DNA of 64,000 nt from Bacteroidota bacterium (GTDB lineage Bacteria; Bacteroidota; Bacteroidia; Flavobacteriales_F; PHOS-HE28): positions 8,391 through 72,390 of the forward strand of contig JAFEAI010000244.1 in assembly GCA_018266475.1 (NCBI GenBank), read 5' to 3'. The notes under the pieces were generated by a model. That model made no database searches, had not been told where the DNA came from, and saw only the letters and a program-made list of their open reading frames with translations. Both the position numbers and the translations under genes were made by a program. Positions within the stretch are counted from its first letter, which is position 1. Each line of letters starts with the position of its first letter. This document shows positions 26,773 through 36,603 of the stretch, one piece after another.

Positions 26773-27443
26773 GGTTGCTTGGTCTTTTCCCCGCCCAGGT
26801 CCGTGTTCAGCCCGCACTCGGTCTTCTTCAATCCGTACCAGCGGCTGGTGCGCGGATCGAAGCCTTCCATGGCCTTGCGCGTGTAGGGCATGTCGCCGAT
26901 GCTGATGTAGCCCTCGGCATCCAACGGGTGCGGCGGCAGGTGGTGTTCCTTGATGTAGGCGTGGATCATCTTCGGCGTCCAATCCAGCATGGGGTGGTAG
27001 CGCAGGCACCCGAAGGCCGCGGGCTGCTCCACCTGCATGGCCTTGCGCACCGCGCTCTGGTCCGCCCGCACGCCGTTGATCCATACGTCGTGCCCCGCCA
27101 GCACCCGCTCCATGGGCTGCACCTTGTTCAGGTACGAATCCCGGTCGGGGTCCCAGCTGTACATCAGCATGCCCTCGGCGTTCAGTTGCTGGCTCTTGGG
27201 CACCAGCGGCCTCAGCTGCACAAAGTTCAACCCCAGCAGCTGCTTCAGCGTGTCCCGGTACCGCAGCGTTTCGGGGAAGAGATAACCGGTGTTCACATAG
27301 TACACGGGCACTGCGGGGTCGATGCGCATGAGCATGTGCAGCATCGGAATGCTGTGGCTCTGGAAGCTGGTGCTGGCGAAAAGTTTCTTCCCTTCCGCGC
27401 GGAAGGACAGCACCCGGTCGCGGAACTGCTCGAAGGAGGGCAT
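26769..27443 (-). CDS. cysH: Phosphoadenosine phosphosulfate reductase (thioredoxin-dependent CysH type).
   Basis: PVYYVNTGYLFPETLRYRD (cf. E. coli DTGYLFPETYRF), C-terminal ECGL motif, overall colinearity with CysH. Confidence 0.8.
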   Translation of the reverse strand: MPSFEQFRDRVLSFRAEGKKLFASTSFQSHSIPMLHMLMRIDPAVPVYYVNTGYLFPETLRYRDTLKQLLGLNFVQLRPLVPKSQQLNAEGMLMYSWDPDRDSYLNKVQPMERVLAGHDVWINGVRADQSAVRKAMQVEQPAAFGCLRYHPMLDWTPKMIHAYIKEHHLPPHPLDAEGYISIGDMPYTRKAMEGFDPRTSRWYGLKKTECGLNTDLGGEKTKQP

Positions 27444-27533
27444 GCCGCGAAATAGCGCATCATGCGGCCAGCGGCGACTGACGTTTGGCAGAATTTCACG
27501 GCATGCCCGCACGATGCCGGTACTTTTGCACGC

Positions 27534-28244
27534 ATGTTGGCGGACCGTTTGCTGCACGAGGTGTTCTCGTTCGACCTTTCCAAGGCCAAATTGCCCAAGC
27601 GCATCGGCGTGCTGGACCCTTTCAATGGCGAAGCCAGCGGGCAGGTGCGCCGGAACGTGGAGCGCTTCCACCGCCAGTACTATGCGGACGAACGCTCGCG
27701 CATGCTCATGCTGGGCATCAACCCCGGGCGGTTCGGCGCGGGCAGCACCGGCATCTGCTTTACGGACACCAAGCGCTGCCAGGCGGACCTCGGCATTGCG
27801 GTGGAAGGCCCGCAGACGCACGAGCCCAGCAGCGATTTCTTCTACCGCATGGTGCGCGCCGCCGGCGGACCGGAGGCGTTCTATGGCCGCGTGTACGTGC
27901 AGTCGCTATGCCCGCTGGGCTTCACCGCGAAGGGGAAGAACGGCACCTGGGTGAACCTCAACTACTATGATGACCCCGTGCTGCAGAAGAAGATCACCCC
28001 GCTGATCACAACCTGGGTGCGCGCGCTGATCGCCACCGGCATGCGCACCGACGTGGCCGCCTGCATCGGCGCGGGAAAGAACCTGGCCTTCTTCACCAAG
28101 CTCAACGACAAGCACGGCTTCTTCAAGCGGATCATCCCCCTGGCCCACCCGCGCTTTGTGATGCAGTACAAGTACAAGCAGCTGGACGCCTACGTGGACA
28201 GCTACTTGGCCGCGCTGGAGGAAGCCGCCCCCACGGCCCTGTAA
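27534..28244 (+). CDS. Uracil-DNA glycosylase superfamily protein (Mug/TDG-like GINPG motif).
   Basis: GINPGRFGAGSTGICFTD resembles the Mug active-site motif GINPG. Start ATG at 27534; alternative 27462. Confidence 0.5.
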   Translation: MLADRLLHEVFSFDLSKAKLPKRIGVLDPFNGEASGQVRRNVERFHRQYYADERSRMLMLGINPGRFGAGSTGICFTDTKRCQADLGIAVEGPQTHEPSSDFFYRMVRAAGGPEAFYGRVYVQSLCPLGFTAKGKNGTWVNLNYYDDPVLQKKITPLITTWVRALIATGMRTDVAACIGAGKNLAFFTKLNDKHGFFKRIIPLAHPRFVMQYKYKQLDAYVDSYLAALEEAAPTAL

Positions 28245-28326
28245 CCTGCCCGCCCCCGGTACGGCATTCCAAGGGCCGTGCATCACACCACCCGCACGCT
28301 TCGGCGTACTTCGCCGGGCACCGCGC

Positions 28327-28716
28327 CTATACCGGCTTCCGGAACAGATAGCGCGTAAGGAAGATGCCCGCCTTGTCGTTGCTCTGCACGCCCGTGGTCA
28401 CTTGGTAAAGCTCCCAGCCGTCCGCCGTGTACTTGTTGATGTTGTCCACGATCAGGCGGTCGTTGCTGGCCACGTTCTTGAAGTTGATGCCCGTGAGGCT
28501 GTAAAAGTTCAGCAGGTCCTTGCCCACCTCCTGGCTCTCATCATCGCTCACGATGATGCGCGAGCGCCCCAGGCCGCCGGGCACCACGCTCTCGATGGTG
28601 GAGAACTGGCGGTAGGTGAACTGCGCAGGCTGCGGCATGGGCCGGAAGCTGTAGCCCGCGAAGAGCGCGACCGCGAAACCGGCGCCCAGGAGGGCCGAAC
28701 GAAAATTGGGATTCAT
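28327..28716 (-). CDS. Hypothetical small exported protein.
   Basis: Signal-like N-terminus MNPNFRSALLGAGFAVALFAG; 129 aa; codon usage consistent with neighbours. Confidence 0.4.
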   Translation of the reverse strand: MNPNFRSALLGAGFAVALFAGYSFRPMPQPAQFTYRQFSTIESVVPGGLGRSRIIVSDDESQEVGKDLLNFYSLTGINFKNVASNDRLIVDNINKYTADGWELYQVTTGVQSNDKAGIFLTRYLFRKPV

Positions 28717-28767
28717 CTGTTGGTGTTATTTTGCGTTGGTAACGCGAATTTGCAACAACCATCCAAA

Positions 28768-29208
28768 ATGCACATGAAAATCCGGTTCCTCCCCATGCTC
28801 GCAGCGCTGCTGCTGGGCTTAGGCACTTCCGCCCAGACCAAAGTATCCATCACCCAGGTGCAGGCCGCGGACGGGCAGCACACGCTGCAAGGCAATGATG
28901 CCGTGATCCAGCTGGCCGGTGCCGAAGGCGCGGGCAATACGGCCATCCTGTCCTCGGGCGACGTTTCGGCCACCGTGCATGCCAAGGTGTCCTCCCACAA
29001 CGTGCGCCGCAGCAGCCTGAAGGATTCCGCCGTGAACCTGATCCTGGAGATCAACCTGAAGGCCGGCAAGGACAAGGACAACAAGCGCGTGGAGAAGATC
29101 TTCTACATGGACCAGGCGCGCACCGCCACGGTAAGCCAGAAGTTCAATTTCAAGCAGGGCATCACCATGCGGCCCATCACGCTCACGTTCAACATCGCCA
29201 TTGAATGA
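28768..29208 (+). CDS. Hypothetical small exported protein, translationally coupled to the downstream acyl-CoA ligase.
   Basis: Signal peptide MHMKIRFLPMLAALLLGLGTSAQT; ATGA overlap with the next gene. Confidence 0.45.
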   Translation: MHMKIRFLPMLAALLLGLGTSAQTKVSITQVQAADGQHTLQGNDAVIQLAGAEGAGNTAILSSGDVSATVHAKVSSHNVRRSSLKDSAVNLILEINLKAGKDKDNKRVEKIFYMDQARTATVSQKFNFKQGITMRPITLTFNIAIE

Positions 29209-30971
29209 AGCCCCGCCCTTCGCGCCTGTTCGACCTGCTGGACCTGCAGCTCGCCGAGTTCCCGCAGGAAGTGTGCATCGCCACCAAGGAGCAGGACACC
29301 TGGCGCAACCATTCCACGGCGGACGTGGTGGAGGCCGCCGAACGGCTCGCCATGGGGCTGATGGCACTTGGCGTGAAGCCGGGCGACCGCGTGGCCCTGG
29401 CCAGCGGCAACCGCAGCGAGTGGTGCATCGTGGACCAGGCGGTCCTGCGCATGGGCGCCATCAGCGTGCCCATCTACCCCACCAGCAGCGTGGAGGACTA
29501 CGCCTACATCCTCAACCATGCCGGGGCGCGCGTATTCTTCGCCGGCAACCAGGAGCTTTACGGCAAGGCCGAGGCCGCCGCCGCCAGCGTGCCCGCCCTC
29601 AAGCACATCTACACCTTCGACCGGCTGGACGGGCTGCCCCACTGGACCATGCTCCTTTCACGGGATGAAAGCCTGCGCCCCCTGCTGGAGCAGCACAAGG
29701 CCGCCGTGCGCCAGGGCGACCTGGCCACCATCATCTACACCAGCGGCACCACCGGCAAGCCCAAGGGCGTAATGCTCAGCCATGCCAACATCCTCAGCAA
29801 CGTGGAGGCCAGCGCGGAGCGCCTGCCCGTGGAGCGCGGCTCGCGCTGCATCAGCTTCCTGCCGCTGTGCCACATCTACGAGCGCATGCTGATGTACCTC
29901 TACCAGCGCACCGGCATGAACATCCACTTCGTGGAAACCCTGGACGACCTGGGCGCCAAGATCAAGGAAGTGCGGCCGCACGTGTTCACCGCCGTGCCCC
30001 GCCTGCTGGAGAAGATCTATGAATCCATCCTCACCAAGGGCGAGGCGCTCACCGGCATCAAACGCCAGCTCTTCCTGCTCTCCCTGCAGGTGGGCGAGCA
30101 GTACGACGTGCGCGGAAAAGGCCCCTGGTACGCCTTGAAGCTCGCCTTGATGCGCAAGCTGGTCTTCAGCAAATGGCGCGAGGCCTTGGGCAACGAGGTG
30201 CGCTGCGTGGCCAGCGGCAGCGCCGCGCTCAACCAGCGCCTGTGCCGCATCTACAACGCCGCCGGCGTGCCCGTGATGGAAGGCTACGGCCTTACGGAGA
30301 CCAGCCCCGTGGTGAGCGTGAACGACGCCCGCAACAACGGCCTCCGCTTCGGCAGCGTGGGAAAGCCCATCAGCAACGTGCAGGTGAAGATCGCCGACGA
30401 CGGCGAGATCCTCCTGAAGGGTCCCAACGTGATGATGGGCTACTACAACGACCCGGAGCAGACCGCGCAGGTGCTGGACCCCGACGGATGGCTGCACTCC
30501 GGCGACATCGGCAAGGTGGATGCCGACGGCTTCCTCTTCATCACCGACCGCAAAAAGGAGATCTTCAAGACCAGCGGGGGCAAATACATCGCCCCGCAAG
30601 CCGTGGAAAACCTGCTGCGCTCCTCCCGCTTCATTGAGCAGGCCATGGTGATCGGCGAAAACCACAAGTTCCCCGCTGCGCTCATCGTGCCCAACTTCAC
30701 CTTCCTGAAGGATTATTGCGCCTTGAAGGGGATCCCCTTCAACAACCAAGGCCAAGTGGTGAAGGAAACCCAAGTGGTTGCGCGCATCCAGCAGGAGGTG
30801 GACCGCATCAACCTGGCGCTCGGCCATTGGGAGCAGGTGAAAAAGGTCGCGCTGCTGCCCACGGACTGGAGCATTGACGGCGGCGAATTCACCCCCTCGC
30901 TGAAGCTGCGCCGCAAGCCCATCCTGGCCAAGTACGCGGCCTATGTGGACGCGATCTACAACGAAGCCTGA
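29205..30971 (+). CDS. Long-chain fatty acid--CoA ligase (AMP-dependent synthetase, FadD-like).
   Basis: IIYTSGTTGKPKGVMLSH, GYGLTETSP, C-terminal KTSGGKYIAPQ motif. Confidence 0.8.
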   Translation: MKPRPSRLFDLLDLQLAEFPQEVCIATKEQDTWRNHSTADVVEAAERLAMGLMALGVKPGDRVALASGNRSEWCIVDQAVLRMGAISVPIYPTSSVEDYAYILNHAGARVFFAGNQELYGKAEAAAASVPALKHIYTFDRLDGLPHWTMLLSRDESLRPLLEQHKAAVRQGDLATIIYTSGTTGKPKGVMLSHANILSNVEASAERLPVERGSRCISFLPLCHIYERMLMYLYQRTGMNIHFVETLDDLGAKIKEVRPHVFTAVPRLLEKIYESILTKGEALTGIKRQLFLLSLQVGEQYDVRGKGPWYALKLALMRKLVFSKWREALGNEVRCVASGSAALNQRLCRIYNAAGVPVMEGYGLTETSPVVSVNDARNNGLRFGSVGKPISNVQVKIADDGEILLKGPNVMMGYYNDPEQTAQVLDPDGWLHSGDIGKVDADGFLFITDRKKEIFKTSGGKYIAPQAVENLLRSSRFIEQAMVIGENHKFPAALIVPNFTFLKDYCALKGIPFNNQGQVVKETQVVARIQQEVDRINLALGHWEQVKKVALLPTDWSIDGGEFTPSLKLRRKPILAKYAAYVDAIYNEA

Positions 30972-31011
30972 CCCGCGAAAAGACCAAAGCGACCCAAACC
31001 CGCACACCACC

Positions 31012-31401
31012 ATGCGCCGATCCCTGCTGCTGCTCACCGCCCTTTCCGCCTTGGCCATTGCCTGCAAGAAAGAACCCGGCATCGGCGGCAAGGCCGAGAT
31101 CCGCGGCGTGGTGCTGCGCCAGGACGTGAACGCCTTGGGCATCCCCGTCGGAAATCCATACCCCTACCAGGACACCCGCGTGTTCATCGTGTACGGCGAC
31201 CACGACTTCTACGACGATGACGTGCGCACCGGCCCCGATGGGCTCTTCGTGTTCCGCTGGCTGCGCAAGGGCGACTACACCGTGTACACCTTCGGCGAAT
31301 GCAACTGCCCCGGCAAGAGCGTGTCCATCACACGTTCCGTGCAGGTAAGCGGCAACAAGGACGTGGTAACGGTGCCCACCCTCATCGCGGACAACTTTTG
31401 A
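31012..31401 (+). CDS. Lipoprotein with transthyretin/CarbopepD_reg-like fold.
   Basis: Lipobox LLTALSALAIAC. IRGVVLRQD...DGLFVFRWLRKGDYTVY. Confidence 0.5.
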   Translation: MRRSLLLLTALSALAIACKKEPGIGGKAEIRGVVLRQDVNALGIPVGNPYPYQDTRVFIVYGDHDFYDDDVRTGPDGLFVFRWLRKGDYTVYTFGECNCPGKSVSITRSVQVSGNKDVVTVPTLIADNF

Positions 31402-32120
31402 GCGGATACCGCCATATCGCGGCGATACTGCTCGCATGCGCGCTGTGGCACGGCGCCGCCGCCCAGGAAGAGCCCCGGTCCAGGCCCTTCAACGATGCCC
31501 AGCTCTGGCTCAGCCTCGGCACCGAGTTCAAGCCCTTCCGCAAAAAGGCAGGGCACCTCGGGCAGGCCCGCTTCTTCCGCAACCTGCGCGCCACGGGCGA
31601 ACTGGAATGGCGGCTCAATGACAACGCCACGCACCTCAAGCAGTTCAACATCGATGCAGGCCTCCGCTACCCGCTTGCCGATTTCCTGCGCGCCGGCGCC
31701 CAGTACCGCTATTCCGTCCGCGACAGCTTCCACCCCAACGTGCAGCGCATCGACCTGCAACTGTGGGCCAAGTGGCGCCCGGGCCGCTTCAAGCTGGAGC
31801 ACCGCGCCGAATACGAGCACAGCTTCACCGATGTGCGGAAGTACCGAACTTTGCTCCGCAACAAGCTCTCCGCCACCTACAACATCCCCAACTGGAAACT
31901 GGACCCCACCGTGAGCGCCGAAGCCTTCACCGCACTGCACTACACCGGCACGCGCCTAGTGGGCATGCGGTACGACATCGGCACTGAGCTGGGCCTCGGC
32001 AAAAAGAAAAAAAGCACCATGGCGCTCACCCTGCGGTACGACCGGGAAATGAACGTGAAGGCGCCCAAGTACGCGTGGATACTGGTGGCGGCCATGGAAC
32101 ATGATTTCAGGAAAAAGTGA
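31398..32120 (+). CDS. Putative outer-membrane protein (DUF2490-like), TTG start.
   Basis: No in-frame ATG before conserved sequence. TTG at 31398 overlaps the upstream stop (TTGA) and gives signal peptide M-SGYRHIAAILLACALWHGAAAQ. Alternating-residue beta-strand pattern. Confidence 0.4.
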   Translation: MSGYRHIAAILLACALWHGAAAQEEPRSRPFNDAQLWLSLGTEFKPFRKKAGHLGQARFFRNLRATGELEWRLNDNATHLKQFNIDAGLRYPLADFLRAGAQYRYSVRDSFHPNVQRIDLQLWAKWRPGRFKLEHRAEYEHSFTDVRKYRTLLRNKLSATYNIPNWKLDPTVSAEAFTALHYTGTRLVGMRYDIGTELGLGKKKKSTMALTLRYDREMNVKAPKYAWILVAAMEHDFRKK

Positions 32121-32782
32121 AAAACGCACCCTTCCTCCGCGCCGCCCTCTTCACCGCCATCTTCGCGGTGGCCGTCGCCATCGGATACTTCATCCTCCGC
32201 CCCTCCGGCGAGCTGCCCGTTTACCACCCCTCACAGCTGGACCCGCGCTTAGTGGACGCAGCGGTGCGCGATGTACGCGGCGAGCACCGCATCAAGCCGT
32301 TCCACCTGATCGACCAGAACGGTGACAGCACGTTCCTTTCCACCGTGCAGGGCAAGGTGCTGCTGGCCGACTTCTTCTTCACCTCCTGCGGCACCATCTG
32401 CCCCAAGATGAGCACGCAGATGCAGCGCGTGCAGGAGGCCTTCAAGGAGGACGACCGCGTGATGCTCCTCTCCCACTCCGTTACGCCGGAAACCGATTCC
32501 GTGCCCGTGCTGCATGCCTATGCGCAAAAGTTCGGCGTGGACCACCGCCGCTGGCGCCTGCTCACCGGCGACCGCAAACAGATCTACGACCTGGCCCGCA
32601 CCAGCTACTTCGCCGCCGTGGACGAGGGCGATGGCGGCCCGGATGATTTCGTACACACCGAGAACTTCGTGCTGGTGGACCCCCAAGGGCGTTTGCGCGG
32701 CTTCTATGACGGCACCAAGGCCAAGGAGGCCGACAGGGCCATGGAGGACATGCGGAAGCTGCTGAAGGAAATGGGGCGGTGA
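32117..32782 (+). CDS. SCO1/SenC family copper chaperone/thiol-disulfide protein.
   Basis: CxxxC motif FFFTSCGTICP; thioredoxin-fold length; N-terminal membrane anchor. GTG start overlapping the upstream stop (GTGA). Confidence 0.7.
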   Translation: MKNAPFLRAALFTAIFAVAVAIGYFILRPSGELPVYHPSQLDPRLVDAAVRDVRGEHRIKPFHLIDQNGDSTFLSTVQGKVLLADFFFTSCGTICPKMSTQMQRVQEAFKEDDRVMLLSHSVTPETDSVPVLHAYAQKFGVDHRRWRLLTGDRKQIYDLARTSYFAAVDEGDGGPDDFVHTENFVLVDPQGRLRGFYDGTKAKEADRAMEDMRKLLKEMGR

Positions 32783-32795
32783 ACGGGGACAGGGG

Positions 32796-32892
32796 TGTTG
32801 GTTGTCAGTTGTCGGTTGTCGGTTGTCGGTTGTTGGTTGTTGGTTGTCAGTTGTTGGTTGTCAGTTGTTGGTTGTCAGTTGTCGGTTGTTGG
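32796..32892. repeat. 13 tandem heptamers GTTGTCA/GTTGTCG/GTTGTTG in the convergent intergenic region; last units encode the DUF488 C-terminus (PPTTDN).
   Basis: Direct reading: gttgtcagttgtcggttgtcggttgtcggttgttggttgttggttgtcagttgttggttgtcagttgttggttgtcagttgtcggttgttggggg. Confidence 0.8.
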
Positions 32893-33462
32893 GGGTGCAG
32901 GGCGATCGGGCGACCGCGCAAAGGGAACGGCTGATTCCAAAGGGCCGTAGAGCAGCTTGCCACCCTTCAGGCGCGCCGCACCGGTCCAGGGGTGTTCCTC
33001 CGCCTTCCCCAGGCCCATGATGTGCCATACCCGCCATCCGTCCGCCTTCAGCCTGTCGGCGATCATGGAGCGGTGGCAGCGCCACCACAGCGCCTCGCTG
33101 CACATGATGCAGGTGCGCTGCCCGGCGGCAAGTTCCTTCAGCTCCGCCAGGCCCTGCCCAAAGGCCGGGTCGTTCATCATATAGTCCGCATAGCTGCGGA
33201 AGGCCGGATGCCGCCACACCGTGTTCACCGAATCCTTCAGCACCTTGCGCCTGCCGCCCAGTGCCCGCAGGTGTACGTAGCCGATGCCCGCCGCGGCCAG
33301 TTCCTTCGGCAGCAGTTCCCTGTGCGCCCAGGGCACGTGGCGCGAGCCCGGAAAGCTGCGCACATCGGCCAGCAGCCCGATCTTGAACGCCTTCAGCCAC
33401 TCCAGGAACTCCGGCAATTCATGCACGGAATGCCCGATCGTCCACAACTCCTTCTTCGCCAT
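32875..33462 (-). CDS. DUF488 family protein.
   Basis: MAKKELWTIGHSVHELPEFLEWLKAFKIGLLADVRSFPGSRHVPW typical DUF488 N-terminus. Confidence 0.7.
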   Translation of the reverse strand: MAKKELWTIGHSVHELPEFLEWLKAFKIGLLADVRSFPGSRHVPWAHRELLPKELAAAGIGYVHLRALGGRRKVLKDSVNTVWRHPAFRSYADYMMNDPAFGQGLAELKELAAGQRTCIMCSEALWWRCHRSMIADRLKADGWRVWHIMGLGKAEEHPWTGAARLKGGKLLYGPLESAVPFARSPDRPAPPTTDN

Positions 33463-33558
33463 GATGCCCCAAAGTTCAGCCGGAAAGCCTCCCGTTTTTC
33501 AGCCCGCCTTGCCCGCACCCTGTACCTTCGCGCCCCGCCTGAAGCCCGCATCATCCGC

Positions 33559-35430
33559 ATGAACTGCCTTTCCGTGGAGCGCATCAGCAAGCGCTACGGC
33601 CCCCGCTTGTTGTTCGAGCACATCTCCTTCGGCCTTGAAAAGGGGCAGAAAACAGCCATCGTGGCGCGCAACGGCACTGGCAAGAGCACCTTGCTGAAGT
33701 GCATTGCCGGCCTGGAAACGCCCGACGAAGGCATCATCACCTTCAACAAGGGCCTGCGCACCGGCTACCTGGACCAGAACGTGAGCATGACCAGCAGCCG
33801 CTCGCTCACCGACGAGATGCTGGACCGCGACGACCCGGTGAGCAATGCCATCCGCGCATACGAGCACTTGGCGGCGCGAAATGCCGAGGGCGAGGACATG
33901 CACGCGGCCATCACCAGGCTCACCGAACTGGATGCTTGGGACCATGAGGCCCGCATCAAGCGCCTGCTCTTCCAGTTCGGCCTGCGCGACCTGGAGCAGC
34001 CCGTGAACACCCTGAGCGGGGGCCAGCAAAAGCGATTGGCCATGGCCAAGGTGCTGATGGACATGCCCGACGTGCTGATCCTTGACGAGCCCACCAACCA
34101 CCTGGACCTGGGGATGATCGAGCAGCTGGAGGCCGAGCTTTCCGCGCCGAACGTCACCCTGCTGCTGGTAACGCACGACCGCTGGTTCCTGGACAATGTG
34201 TGCAACGAGATCATCGAGCTGGAGTTCGGCGCCTTCACGCGCTACAAGGGCAACTACAGCTATTACGTGGAAAAGAAGGCCGAGCTGGAAGAGGTGCGCA
34301 ACGCCACCCAGCAGCACCTGCGCGGCCTTATGCGCAGCGAGCTGGAATGGGTGCGCAAGATGCCCCGCGCCCGGGGCACCAAGAGCAAGAGCCGCCTGCA
34401 GGCCTTCGACACCCTGAAGGACCTCGCCGGGCGCAACTACGACCACGGCTCGGTGTCCATCGACATCAAGAGCAGCCGCCTGGGCGGCAAGGTGATCGAG
34501 GCCCGGAACCTCACCAAGAGCCTTGGCACCAAGAAGATCGTGGAGCACTTCAACTACTCCATCAAGGCCGGGGACCGCATCGGCATCGTGGGCCCCAACG
34601 GCGTGGGCAAAAGCACGCTGGTACACCTGCTCACCAAGGAGCTGGAGCCCGATGCGGGCAAGGTCACCATCGGCGACACCGTGGTGCTGGGCGTGTTCGG
34701 CCAGCAGGGCCTGGAACTGAAGGAGGACATGCGCGTGATCGAGGTGGTGCGCGCCATCGCCGAGGAGATCCCCATGAGCAAGGGCCGCACCCTCTCCGCC
34801 TCGCAGCTCCTGGAACGCTTCCTCTTCGACAAGGAGCAGCAGTACCAGTACGCCAGCACCCTCAGCGGCGGTGAACGGCGGCGCCTGCACCTCTGCACCG
34901 TGCTGATGAAGAACCCCAACGTGCTCGTGCTCGATGAACCCACCAACGACCTGGACATCGCCACGCTGAACGCCCTGGAGGACTTCCTCACCGACCTGGA
35001 CATCTGCCTGCTGATCGTGAGCCACGACCGTTTCTTCATGGACAAGCTCTGCACCAAGCTGCTGGTGTTCGAGGGCGATGGCGTGGTGAAGGAATGGGTG
35101 TACACCTACACCGAACTGCGTGAGATGCAGAAGGAACGCGAACGTTCCGCCAAGGAGGTGAAGGACGTGAAGGACGTGAAGGAAGAGCGGCCACGCGCCA
35201 CTTCCAACAAGATGACCTACGGCGAGCGCCTTGAGCTGAAAAAGATCGACAAGGAACTGCCCGCGCTGGAGAAAAAGAAAGAGCAGCTACTGGCCGAAAT
35301 GGCCGCAAAAGCAGCAGACCACCACGCCGTGATGGAGCTGTCGATACAGCTGGAAAAGACCACCTCGGAGATCGAGCGGATCAGCGACCGTTGGCTGGTG
35401 TTGATGGAGAAGCAGGATGCGGAGGGGTAG
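33559..35430 (+). CDS. ABC-F family ATPase (tandem ABC domains, no TM domain).
   Basis: Two Walker A sites (ARNGTGKSTLL, GPNGVGKSTLV), two signatures (LSGGQQKRLAMA, LSGGERRRLHL), C-terminal coiled-coil. Start at the internal ATG giving MNCLSVERISKRYG. Confidence 0.85.
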   Translation: MNCLSVERISKRYGPRLLFEHISFGLEKGQKTAIVARNGTGKSTLLKCIAGLETPDEGIITFNKGLRTGYLDQNVSMTSSRSLTDEMLDRDDPVSNAIRAYEHLAARNAEGEDMHAAITRLTELDAWDHEARIKRLLFQFGLRDLEQPVNTLSGGQQKRLAMAKVLMDMPDVLILDEPTNHLDLGMIEQLEAELSAPNVTLLLVTHDRWFLDNVCNEIIELEFGAFTRYKGNYSYYVEKKAELEEVRNATQQHLRGLMRSELEWVRKMPRARGTKSKSRLQAFDTLKDLAGRNYDHGSVSIDIKSSRLGGKVIEARNLTKSLGTKKIVEHFNYSIKAGDRIGIVGPNGVGKSTLVHLLTKELEPDAGKVTIGDTVVLGVFGQQGLELKEDMRVIEVVRAIAEEIPMSKGRTLSASQLLERFLFDKEQQYQYASTLSGGERRRLHLCTVLMKNPNVLVLDEPTNDLDIATLNALEDFLTDLDICLLIVSHDRFFMDKLCTKLLVFEGDGVVKEWVYTYTELREMQKERERSAKEVKDVKDVKEERPRATSNKMTYGERLELKKIDKELPALEKKKEQLLAEMAAKAADHHAVMELSIQLEKTTSEIERISDRWLVLMEKQDAEG

Positions 35431-35460
35431 GCTGGTGGCTCGTAGTGCCATCGTCGGCAG

Positions 35461-35480
35461 CCCGACGCCCGGCAACCAAC
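35461..35480. repeat. Single CAACCAACAACTG unit (reverse complement of CAGTTGTTGGTTG) next to hairpin CGTCGG-cagc-CCGACG in the convergent gap between ABC-F and rluD.
   Basis: Read directly at 35440-35480. Confidence 0.5.
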
Positions 35481-35496
35481 AACTGGCATCTACAGC

Positions 35497-36603
35497 CTAC
35501 TTCAACTTGTTCGCCTCCTCGGCATCAAATGCCTCCCCCGGCTCGTCCAGCGGGCGGGCGCTGGTATAGGTGCGCCACCGGGCCAGCACCGCCTGCATGT
35601 CCGCAGGCAGCGGGCTTTCAAACCGCATGCGCTTCCCGGTCGCAGGGTGGTCGATGGCCAGCATGGCCGCATGCAGTGCCTGGCGCGGCAGCAGCCGGAA
35701 GCAATTCTCCACGAACTGCTTGTATTTGGAGAATACCGTGCCCTTCAGCACACGGTCGCCGCCATACGCCGCATCATTGAACAGCGGATGGCCGATGTGC
35801 CTCATGTGCGCACGGATCTGGTGCGTGCGGCCCGTTTCCAGCTTGCACTCCACCAAGGTGACATAGGTGAAGCGCTCCAGCACCTTCCAATGCGTGATGG
35901 CGGTTTTGCCCTGTTCCGGGTCGGCGGGCACCGACATCACGGTACGGTCCTTGGGGGAGCGGTCCAGGTTGCCTTCGATGGTGCCCTCATCGGCATCGAA
36001 ATCGCCCCACACCAGCGCCTGGTAGCGGCGGTCGTTGGTGCGCTCAAAGAACTGGCGTGCCAGGTGGGCCATGGCATCCTCGGTCTTGCCCACCACCATT
36101 ACGCCGCTGGTGTCCTTGTCCAGCCGGTGTACCAGGCCGGGCCTTGGCACGGGCTGGTTGGGCGCCGAGGGCAGCTTGCCGAAATGGAACAGCAAGGCGT
36201 TCACCAGCGTGCCCGTCCAATTGCCGTGGCCCGGGTGTACCACCAGGCCCGCCTGCTTGTTGAGCACCAGGATCTGGTCATCCTCGTACAGCACCTCCAG
36301 GGGAATGTCCTCCGGCAGCAGCTCCACCTCCCGCACGGGATGCGGCAGCACCAGGGTCACCACATCCTTGGGCTTCACCTTGTAGCTGGGCTTTTCGGCC
36401 CTGCCGTTCACCAGTACGTTGCCGTTGCGGGCCGCAGCGGCGATGCGTGAACGCGAGGCGCCGCCGATGTGGTCGAAGAGAAATTTATCCAGCCGCACCA
36501 AGCCTTGCCCGGGATCGGCCACCACGCGGTGATGCTCATAGAGCTCCTGCTCGTCGCCCGCATCCTCCGCGGCCCGGCCGGATGTTCCGTTGTCCTTCAC
36601 CAT
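35497..36603 (-). CDS. rluD: 23S rRNA pseudouridine synthase, RluA/RluD family.
   Basis: S4 domain (RLDKFLFDHIGGASRSRIAAAARNGNVLVNG); catalytic HRLDKDTSGVMVVGK. Confidence 0.85.
   Translation of the reverse strand: MVKDNGTSGRAAEDAGDEQELYEHHRVVADPGQGLVRLDKFLFDHIGGASRSRIAAAARNGNVLVNGRAEKPSYKVKPKDVVTLVLPHPVREVELLPEDIPLEVLYEDDQILVLNKQAGLVVHPGHGNWTGTLVNALLFHFGKLPSAPNQPVPRPGLVHRLDKDTSGVMVVGKTEDAMAHLARQFFERTNDRRYQALVWGDFDADEGTIEGNLDRSPKDRTVMSVPADPEQGKTAITHWKVLERFTYVTLVECKLETGRTHQIRAHMRHIGHPLFNDAAYGGDRVLKGTVFSKYKQFVENCFRLLPRQALHAAMLAIDHPATGKRMRFESPLPADMQAVLARWRTYTSARPLDEPGEAFDAEEANKLK

Noticed and set aside
27462-27533. Longer start (ATG 27462) for the Mug-like UDG gene
   Set aside because: Would leave only 19 bp between divergent start codons of cysH and this gene. 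The ATG at 27534 gives a normal intergenic promoter region. Either remains possible.
33499-35025. 508-aa minus-strand ORF within the ABC-F gene
   Set aside because: Antisense to two complete ABC cassettes; spurious high-GC ORF.
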